The position numbers were made by a program, and so were the translations under genes. The notes below the pieces were generated by a model. The model was not told where the DNA came from. It worked only from the letters and a program-made list of their open reading frames with translations, and did not search any database. A DNA stretch of 63,846 bases, counting the filler, from Gemmatimonadota bacterium (GTDB lineage Bacteria; 4572-55; J002): NCBI GenBank assembly GCA_003697105.1. It is 5 parts of 5 records of this genome, joined end to end, with 100 filler letters (N's around TTAATTAATTAA, not from the genome) between each part and the next. Parts side by side here need not be neighbours in the genome. Positions count along the whole stretch, not along the records: positions 43,325 to 57,765 come from RFFQ01000018.1; positions 57,866 to 63,846 come from RFFQ01000189.1; 3 more parts are not named here. One strand, given 5' to 3'. Positions within the stretch are counted from its first letter, which is position 1; each line of letters starts with the position of its first letter. Below, piece after piece: positions 56,002 to 63,846 of the stretch.

Positions 56002-57765
56002 ATGTCCAAGTGGCTGTTTTTTTGGATTATAATCTTGATACCCGCTTTATCCTGGGCAATAGAAGTGGGCGGGCATATTACTGAAGATACGGTTTGGAGT
56101 CCTGAAAATAATCCCTATCATGTGGTGGAAGACCTCTATGTAGATGAAGGCGTCACATTGCGCATTGAGCCGGGAACGATTGTTGAAATGAAATCCGCCG
56201 AATTGCTTTATCCAACGCAAATCGGCAGTTGGTACTGGGACAACAGCGGTACAGCACGAGCAAAAATGATCTGGGTTGACGGACGAATTCTGGCTGAAGG
56301 AACGGAACAGGACAGTATTGTCTTTACCCGCGATGTGAACCGGCAGTTTTACCGCTGGGGCTGTATCTTTGTATCCGAAAACAGTGAAGAATTATCGGTG
56401 TTTAAGCATTGTAAAGTGTTATTTCCACTCTTTATATCACCCACCGGATTTGAATCATATGACGGCATTTCCGCCGCCAGCGGTTCGCTGATGATTGAAA
56501 ATTGCCTCTTTCAGAATGTTCAAACCGCCATTGATATTCACGGGTCTTTAGACAACTGTTTGATCAAAGGAAATACATTTCAGATTACAGAACGAAATGA
56601 TATTCGGGATTATATCAGTTACATTTACTTTAATAACGGATTTAACAGTGACTTAACCTATATTGTGGGGAATACGTTTGAACGAACAGACAGTTCGAGT
56701 GCCGTTGGTATAAGCATCGGCAGTTTGGGCAGTAAGCCGATAGCTCTGGTTGACAATCGGTTTCAGGGTCAAGTTACACTGCGGTTACAAGGTTCAGACG
56801 AGCCAACATATATTTACAATAATCAGTTTTTGGATGCCCGCCATTCCATCATGTTTATTAGCCGTTTTGAAGCAGATACTATCTATATTCATCAAAATCA
56901 TTTAGAGATCGACCCCGATTTTTATGGATACGGCATTGAAGCCGACTTTAGCTATGTGGATATTGCCGATAATGACTTTTATCGTTGTGGAATTGACATG
57001 TATGCGAGTAGTGGGAATGTGTATAATAATTATGTCTATGATGATGTAATCAGGAGTTGGACATCTTCGGTATATAACAATATTGTTTGTTATAGCAGTT
57101 ATTATGGGTATAGCATGCGACTTGAAACCCCAATGTTTTCCAACAACATTAGCTATTTTAATCGTTTTGTATTTAGCAGTTTACCGTCAACGGTTAAAAA
57201 TTGTATTTTAATAGGCAGTGAAAGCGTTAATGAATTTAATAATTTTTATAACACACATCGTTTTCAAAACTGCGTAATTGACTTTGCCTTGCAGGATTCC
57301 TTGATTGACGGCGGAGGCAACATCTGGGAAGACCCACTTTTTGTTGATGCTGAAAACGGTGATTTTCATTTGCTACCCAATAGCCCTGCCATTGATGCCG
57401 GTTTTGATACGACTGCCGGTTATTATCCCTTTTTTGATATGGATTACCACGAACGTATTTTTAATGACATTATTGATATTGGGGTGTTTGAGTATGGGGC
57501 GCCATCTTTGGGTACACTCCGGGGTTATACCTTGACCACTCAAAATGGCGAACCGGTGGATTATGTGCTCCTTAAAATCAATAATCAAGACGGTTGGTTT
57601 GAATTCAGTGATAGCAGTGGTTACTATGAATTTAAGCTCCCTACCGGTACGTATGACCTCCATGCGGAACGAGTTTTTTATGATAATGCGGTTACATCCG
57701 GTATTGAAGTAGAAGCGGGGCAAATCACAGAAGTCGATATCGATCTCTTCTCATTGGTGAATGTG
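56002..57765 (+). CDS. Secreted right-handed beta-helix protein with carboxypeptidase-regulatory-like domain; 3' end lost in gap
   Basis: ITEDTVWSPENNPY, AEGTEQDSIVFT, Asn-rich repeats, DPLFVD...DFHLLPNSPAIDAG, SDSSGYYEF. Confidence 0.85.
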
Positions 57766-57865
57766 NNNNNNNNNNNNNNNNNNNNNNNNNNNNNNNNNNN
57801 NNNNNNNNNTTAATTAATTAANNNNNNNNNNNNNNNNNNNNNNNNNNNNNNNNNNNNNNNNNNNN
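57766..57865. other. Assembly gap with linker
   Basis: N runs and TTAATTAATTAA. Confidence 0.99.
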
Positions 57866-58129
57866 GCTTCAAAGAAGCAAGTCAAACGTAGAAAAAGAAA
57901 ACAAATCACCATCGCACTTACGTTTTTCACCTAACTGTCAAATAAATTCGGAAATAGTTTTGTCCGTCAATCAGCCCCAAATCCTCATAGTGTCGCTTTT
58001 CCCTTGGATAAATCCGCTTCCGGGCTGGATTCCATCGACCCTGAAAACCTCTTGACATTATCAATAAAATAGTTAATTATAAGCCTTGTGAAATCAATAA
58101 GTTACAGGACTTTTTTATATGAGGTTATT

Positions 58130-59068
58130 ATGAACAACATTTTAATCACCGGTGGTAACGGTCAAATTGGCAGTGAATTATATACCGTGTTGTCGGAGCG
58201 TTATGGGATTGGCAATATCGTCTCATTGGATATTCAACCTCCGCGGATGTTCGGTTCCCGACGGGAAGTCGAGCATTACGAAATTGTGGATGTTACGGAC
58301 TATAAAGCTTTAAGGAATACTATTAAAAAATACCAAATTGATACCGTTTTCCATCTGGCGAGTTTGTTATCTGCAACAGGGGAACTCAAACCCGACCTTG
58401 CTTGGAATGTCAACATGAATGGGCTTAAAAATGTGTTGGATTTAGCCCGAGACTATCAATTGCAGGTCTTTTGGCCCAGTTCGATTGCCGCTTTTGGACC
58501 TCATTCCCCCCAAATCAACACCCCTCAATTTACTGTCCTCGACCCCAATACCATGTACGGTGTAACCAAAGTCGCGGGTGAGTTACTCTGTAATTATTAT
58601 TTTGAGAAATATAACGTGGATGTGCGTAGCTTGCGCTATCCGGGACTGATCAGCTACAAAACACCCCCCGGTGGCGGTACCACAGATTATGCGGTCGAGA
58701 TTTTTTACGAAGCCATTAAGCATAAAAAATATAACTGTTTTGTGTCCGCGGAAACGCGCTTGCCGATGATGTATATGCCAGACGCCATCAAAGCGACTCT
58801 GGACATCATGCATGCCCCTGCGGAACAGATTAAAATTCGTACAAGCTATAATCTGGCGGCGATCAGCTTTTCTGCTGAAGAACTGGCTAACGAAATCAAA
58901 AAGCATATCCCAGAATTTGAATGCACTTATGAACCGGATTTTCATCAAGCCATCGCCGATTCCTGGCCCAAAAGTATTGACGATTCCCGGGCACGGGAAG
59001 ATTGGGGATGGTCGCACGAGTACGATCTCGCCGCCATGACCGCCGATATGCTGGAAAAATTAGCCTAA
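58130..59068 (+). CDS. tdh: L-threonine 3-dehydrogenase (SDR/GalE-like type)
   Basis: ITGGNGQIG, LLSATGE, PSSIAAFG, YGVTK, PGGGTTDYAV, PMMYMPD; upstream of kbl. Confidence 0.92.
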   Translation: MNNILITGGNGQIGSELYTVLSERYGIGNIVSLDIQPPRMFGSRREVEHYEIVDVTDYKALRNTIKKYQIDTVFHLASLLSATGELKPDLAWNVNMNGLKNVLDLARDYQLQVFWPSSIAAFGPHSPQINTPQFTVLDPNTMYGVTKVAGELLCNYYFEKYNVDVRSLRYPGLISYKTPPGGGTTDYAVEIFYEAIKHKKYNCFVSAETRLPMMYMPDAIKATLDIMHAPAEQIKIRTSYNLAAISFSAEELANEIKKHIPEFECTYEPDFHQAIADSWPKSIDDSRAREDWGWSHEYDLAAMTADMLEKLA

Positions 59069-59422
59069 TTTGGAAACAAGTGTCGCCCAAATAAGGGCGA
59101 AAATTGCGGTTTCCCGAGATGCTGGCGGGTGGACTTAAAGCCTTAGAGGCGTTTATTAAGGTGGATAAAAAATACAATATTTAGGGAAGTCCAAGAAGAA
59201 ATCCTTGAAATATGCGGGATGTAATGCTGTTTAGAGCAAAATTAACCATTGAATTTTAGAGATTTTAGTTGTATTCTGCAAGGGAACAATCCGCAGGGGT
59301 TGTTCCCTTCAGCCGTTTAAAGGCAATGGATACTCCCACAATAGATTTGCCGCGTTATACATCTCTTCGATTCAATAGTTATCAAACATTTACTAATTAT
59401 CCGTTTTTAGGAGGTTTAAACC

Positions 59423-60616
59423 ATGTATTCGGATCAACTCAAAGCCCGTTTTCAAGCCACCTTAGATGATATTAAAGCCGCTGGTTTGTATAAGGCGGAA
59501 CGGGTGATTCTCTCCAAACAAGGGGCTGACATTACAGTCAAACCCGATGATGCCGTGATTAACTTCTGTGCCAACAACTACTTAGGGCTAGCAAGCCATC
59601 CTAAAATGATCGAAACGGCGCAGGAAGGGATCGCCAAATATGGTTACGGGTTAGCCTCAGTGCGCTTTATTTGTGGTACGCAAGATATCCACAAACAATT
59701 AGAAGCCAAAATCGCTGAATTTTTGGGTACGGAAGATACCATTCTATATAGTTCCTGTTTTGATGCCAATGGGGGCCTGTTTGAGATTCTTTTAGATGCC
59801 GAGAGTGCGATTATCAGTGACCAGCTCAATCATGCCAGTATCATTGATGGCGTGCGCTTGTGCCGGGCGCGGCGTTACATCTATGCCAATAATGATATGA
59901 ACGCGTTAGAAGAACGGCTAAAAGAGACCCAAGATGCCAACATCCGGTTGATTGCCACCGATGGGGTGTTCAGCATGGATGGCACCATTGCCAAACTGGA
60001 TCATATCTGTGATTTAGCTGATAAATACGATGCGTTGGTGATGGTGGATGATTGTCACGCGACCGGCTTTTTTGGACCGACCGGACGGGGTTCGGTTGAG
60101 TATTGTGACGTGATGGGACGGGTTGACATCATCACCGGTACGCTGGGTAAAGCACTGGGGGGTGCCTCCGGCGGATTCACCACTGGACGGAAGGAAATTA
60201 TCGAATTACTACGGCAACGATCTCGACCCTATTTGTTTTCAAATAGTTTGGTGCCGATGATTGCGTACACCAGCTTAAAAGTGTTGGAAATGATTTCCCA
60301 AACTACGGAACTGCGCGATACCCTAGAACACAACACCCGCTACTTCCGGCAAAAAATGACCGAAAACGGATTTGACATCAAACCCGGCGTACATCCCATT
60401 GTTCCCATTATGCTCGGTGATGCGCGTCTTGCCCATGAGATGGCAGATGATCTGCTGAACGAAGGTATTTATGTGATCGGATTCAGCTTTCCGGTAGTGC
60501 CCAAAGGGGAAGCCCGCATCCGGGTCCAGATTTCTGCAGCCCATACCCAACACCATCTGGATAAAGCAATTGCGGCATTTGCTAAAATTGGGAAAAAGCA
60601 CGGCGTGATTCAATAA
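59423..60616 (+). CDS. kbl: Glycine C-acetyltransferase (2-amino-3-ketobutyrate CoA ligase)
   Basis: [50 protein letters not shown]. Confidence 0.97.
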   Translation: MYSDQLKARFQATLDDIKAAGLYKAERVILSKQGADITVKPDDAVINFCANNYLGLASHPKMIETAQEGIAKYGYGLASVRFICGTQDIHKQLEAKIAEFLGTEDTILYSSCFDANGGLFEILLDAESAIISDQLNHASIIDGVRLCRARRYIYANNDMNALEERLKETQDANIRLIATDGVFSMDGTIAKLDHICDLADKYDALVMVDDCHATGFFGPTGRGSVEYCDVMGRVDIITGTLGKALGGASGGFTTGRKEIIELLRQRSRPYLFSNSLVPMIAYTSLKVLEMISQTTELRDTLEHNTRYFRQKMTENGFDIKPGVHPIVPIMLGDARLAHEMADDLLNEGIYVIGFSFPVVPKGEARIRVQISAAHTQHHLDKAIAAFAKIGKKHGVIQ

Positions 60617-60760
60617 TTCGTTGAAATTTCTTGGGAAATTAACCGGAGGAGGGGTCAATGATGAATAGTGAACGCGAAATTGAGACCGGTGGGCAAACCA
60701 CCGCACCCCGCAAAGGTCTTGACCCCTGGCTACTTCATTTTGAACGTTGGACGTAACATA

Positions 60761-62440
60761 ATGAAAATCCTTGTGATCGGGCTGGATGCCGGCACTTTTG
60801 ATGTGATGCAACCGCTATTGGATGCGGGCAAACTTCCAAATTTGCAAAATCTGATCGAGAATGGCGTATCGGGCGAATTGCAATCAACCTATCCCCCCAT
60901 TACCCCAGCGGCATGGACCACGTTTATGACCGGTAAATCCCCGGGCAAACATGGCATCTTCCATTTTGTGATGCGCAAGCCAAATTCATATGACTTGCGC
61001 TTTTGTACCGCCCGTGACATTCACGAACCAACCCTGATCGACCTGTTTGCTAGTCACGGCTGGTCGGTGGGGTCGGTCAATATGCCCATGACGTACCCCC
61101 CACGGGAAACCAACGGGTATATCGTTGCGGGGGTGCCGGTACCTCCCGGCGCACCGGATATTACCTATCCGGCTGACCTGAAAACTGAATTGGATCAACT
61201 GGCTGGTGGTTCATATCATGTAGAAATGGACTTCAGCCAGTTTGATTTTAGTCGGGGCATCAAAGAGACATGGCGTAAATATAGTAAAATCAAGCAGATG
61301 CTTTTTCAGATGGCGGAACTTCAACACCGTACTTTTTTACATCTGCTGGAAACACGCCCCACCGACCTTTTTTTTGCCGTGTATTACCTGCCGGATCGCG
61401 TCCAGCACTTTTTTTGGAAGTTTCAAGATAAACAGCACCCCGGTTACAGCCCCGAAGGCGCAAAACGTTTTGGCAATGTTATCGCCGAAGCCTATCAAAA
61501 AATGGATGCGTATATCGGTGAACTACTGACATATACGGACGAAAATACAACCATTTACGTGATGTCCGATCATGGTGCGACGGGCTATTATGCCGATCTC
61601 AATTTGATGTACTGGTTGGAGCAAGAAGGTTATCTGACAGTGAAACGTACCCCCAAAACCGAGCGGGTGAATGCGCCGACCATCCTACCGAGTTTGTTGG
61701 CAGAATGGGGCATCGGTAAAATCAATCGGTTTCTTCCGCAGTGGTTTTGGGAAAATCCCGTAATGTACCGGGAACAGGAGCACACCCGCTATATCCCGGA
61801 AATTGACTGGCAACACACCAAAGCCTATGCCACATTATTGGGTATCAGCGCCAATCTCAAAGGTCGCGAGCCGTTGGGTATTATAGAACCCGGCGCAGAA
61901 TACGACCAATTAATGACAGAAATCGCCGCTAAATTACGCCAAATTACAGACCCCACTAATCCATATCCGCTGGAAAACCATATCCTTCGGCGCGAAGAAC
62001 ACTGCCACGGCGATCACTGCCATGAATTCAGTGACCTGTTTTGTGTGTTGCGCAGTCCGGCAGGGTTTTATCTCCCCTGCGAACGGCTGGGCGCCGAGGA
62101 ACTTTTTACCCCGGGGATGAACGCCGGTATGTCCGGCACGCACGATTTTAACGGGATATTCATCATGCAGGGTAAAAATGTTCGTAAGTCTGTCAAATTA
62201 AAGGGGTTGCATATTGCCGATGTTGCCCCGACGATGCTGTATCTGGCAGGGTATCCCATATTGGAGGATATGGATGGTACCGTAATGACCGCCGGAATAG
62301 AAGAGGGCTACCAGATTGAACACCAAATCGATACCGTTACTGGGCATAAACAAACGCATCAGGATTCAGAATACCCGTACACCCCGGAACAACAAAAAAT
62401 GCTGGAGGATTCGTTGCGGCAACTTGGATATTTGGAGTAA
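60761..62440 (+). CDS. Alkaline phosphatase superfamily phosphodiesterase / nucleotide pyrophosphatase-type protein
   Basis: VIGLDAG, STYPPITPAAWTTFMTG, DRVQHFFW, MSDHG, SGTH, DVAPT, LRQLGYLE. Confidence 0.88.
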   Translation: MKILVIGLDAGTFDVMQPLLDAGKLPNLQNLIENGVSGELQSTYPPITPAAWTTFMTGKSPGKHGIFHFVMRKPNSYDLRFCTARDIHEPTLIDLFASHGWSVGSVNMPMTYPPRETNGYIVAGVPVPPGAPDITYPADLKTELDQLAGGSYHVEMDFSQFDFSRGIKETWRKYSKIKQMLFQMAELQHRTFLHLLETRPTDLFFAVYYLPDRVQHFFWKFQDKQHPGYSPEGAKRFGNVIAEAYQKMDAYIGELLTYTDENTTIYVMSDHGATGYYADLNLMYWLEQEGYLTVKRTPKTERVNAPTILPSLLAEWGIGKINRFLPQWFWENPVMYREQEHTRYIPEIDWQHTKAYATLLGISANLKGREPLGIIEPGAEYDQLMTEIAAKLRQITDPTNPYPLENHILRREEHCHGDHCHEFSDLFCVLRSPAGFYLPCERLGAEELFTPGMNAGMSGTHDFNGIFIMQGKNVRKSVKLKGLHIADVAPTMLYLAGYPILEDMDGTVMTAGIEEGYQIEHQIDTVTGHKQTHQDSEYPYTPEQQKMLEDSLRQLGYLE

Positions 62441-62588
62441 TTTGCCTTGCTGGGTGGAAACCGGTTTGAACTCTTGAAGTCCTCGCGTTAGTTACTTGAA
62501 AATAAGGATGTGAAACCTTTTTGCGAGTTAATCCAGAACATATTTGCTCAATGTGGGCGATCCCCCCTAACAGAACAGGTTGATGCAC

Positions 62589-63846
62589 ATGAAATCACCA
62601 AAATTATCCATTGTCACGTTGGGTTGTCCCAAAAATGATGTGGATAGCGAAGTTTTACGCTCCCAATTTAAATCCTTGAATTACGAGCTGATTCAGAATG
62701 TAGAACATGCCGACATCATCGTGGTCAACACCTGTGGATTTATTGAGGCGGCAAAAGAAGAATCGATTGAAACCACATTGGAATTGGCACAACTCAAAAA
62801 AGACGGCAACTGCAAAGCCATCATCATGACCGGTTGTCTGGCACAGCGATATGAGTCCGATCTCCCCCAATTGATGCCGGAAGTCGATGTGGTGATCGGA
62901 AATCGCGACTTGACCGCCGTACCCAAAATCGCCGATAAATTACTGGGGATCGACCGGACGTATGCCATGACGGAATCCGTCACTATGGGGATTTCCCACC
63001 GGATTGCCGAAGCCCCTCATGCTGCGTATATCAAGGTATCGGAAGGGTGTAATCATAAATGTACGTACTGCATTATTCCGGCGATAAGAGGCAGATACCG
63101 CTCGTTTACTATCCCCCAAATCACCGCAGAAGTGAGCCAACTGGCAGAGTGCGGCGTTAAAGAAATCTACCTGATTGCACAGGATTTAACGATGTACGGC
63201 AAAGATATTTACGGCTCCTACGAGTTGTTGAACTTGCTTCAGAATTTGGCGGGTATTGACGGTATCCGTTGGATTCGCTTAATGTATAATTATCCAATGC
63301 ATATCACCGATGATCTGCTTCATTTCATCACCGATCACAGCGAAAAATTCAATTATTTTGATATGCCGTTGCAGCATATCCATGACGATATGCTACGGGC
63401 GATGCAACGCCCGGTAAACTCCCGCACTGCCCGAAAAATTCTGTACCGCTTGCGAGAAAAAGCCCCCCATATGGCACTGCGCACAACCTTTATCACCGGT
63501 TTCCCCGGCGAAACGGATGACCATTTTGAATCACTTTGTGATTTTTTGGAAGAGATCAAATTTGATCGGGTGGGTGTGTTTACTTTTTCGGAGGAAGAAG
63601 GGACGCCAGCGGCAACGTATCGCGATCAAATTCCGCATGAGATCGCTATCCAGCGGCGGAATACATTGATGGAAATTCAACAAGCGATTTCCATGGAACA
63701 CAATGAAGCGCTCATTGGGACGGAACTGGATATACTCGTCGATTCATGTGATCAGTTTGGAACGTTAGGGCGTTCGTACCGGGATGCCTATGAAATTGAT
63801 GGGAATGTGGAAATTGAAGGGGTGGCAACTCCCGGTGAATTTATCC
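62589..63846 (+). CDS. rimO: Ribosomal protein S12 methylthiotransferase RimO (runs off the window)
   Basis: Read manually: MKSPKLSIVTLGCPKNDVDSE, NTCGFIEAAKEES, GCLAQRY, AYIKVSEGCNHKCTYCIIP, DAYEIDG. Confidence 0.95.
   Translation, partial: MKSPKLSIVTLGCPKNDVDSEVLRSQFKSLNYELIQNVEHADIIVVNTCGFIEAAKEESIETTLELAQLKKDGNCKAIIMTGCLAQRYESDLPQLMPEVDVVIGNRDLTAVPKIADKLLGIDRTYAMTESVTMGISHRIAEAPHAAYIKVSEGCNHKCTYCIIPAIRGRYRSFTIPQITAEVSQLAECGVKEIYLIAQDLTMYGKDIYGSYELLNLLQNLAGIDGIRWIRLMYNYPMHITDDLLHFITDHSEKFNYFDMPLQHIHDDMLRAMQRPVNSRTARKILYRLREKAPHMALRTTFITGFPGETDDHFESLCDFLEEIKFDRVGVFTFSEEEGTPAATYRDQIPHEIAIQRRNTLMEIQQAISMEHNEALIGTELDILVDSCDQFGTLGRSYRDAYEIDGNVEIEGVATPGEFI

Noticed and set aside
11923-57865. 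Recurrent TTAATTAATTAA motif (four copies)
   Set aside because: Always centred in 100-nt N blocks; an artificial contig linker.
57866-57934. Basic C-terminal fragment ASKKQVKRRKRKQITIALTFFT*
   Set aside because: Only 22 codons at a contig edge; cannot be assigned.
60688-60730. c-di-GMP-I riboswitch (GGCAAACC...CGCAAAG)
   Set aside because: The GAAA-capped stem and the GGGACGCAAA junction are missing.

Overview
Bacterial draft-genome window made of five contigs joined by 100-nt N/TTAATTAATTAA linkers (11923-12022, 31614-31713, 43225-43324, 57766-57865), so adjacency across the linkers is not reliable. It is gene-dense and comes from a diderm organism (TonB-dependent receptor, outer-membrane barrel, gmhA). 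Secreted proteins ending in a YPNPFNP-type sorting domain suggest an FCB-group lineage (inference). Housekeeping and metabolic genes: hslV, sbcD, galT, ychF, hutI, fused ftcD, fbaB, mpl, sppA, gmhA, gpmI, tdh, kbl, rimO. There are two IS remnants and one tRNA with a CAT anticodon and atypical initiator-like features. Best candidates for undescribed systems: (1) a promoter-to-terminator four-gene operon, ATP-grasp ligase / internally duplicated DUF4388-DUF2226-like protein / lipoprotein solute-binding protein / membrane receptor that ends at its HAMP domain with no output domain (20021-24374); (2) a cluster of chemoreceptor, YfiR-like protein, TonB receptor, solute-binding protein and second chemoreceptor, suggesting trans-envelope sensing into a chemosensory pathway (32918-40343); (3) an operon led by a urea transporter-M23 peptidase fusion, with a beta-barrel, a Trp-rich repeat protein, a TPR protein and a HicB-GNAT fusion (43727-51425). 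A helical domain-pyrophosphatase fusion is coupled to an Rsm22/METTL17-like gene. All calls come from motif recognition by eye; no searches were run.
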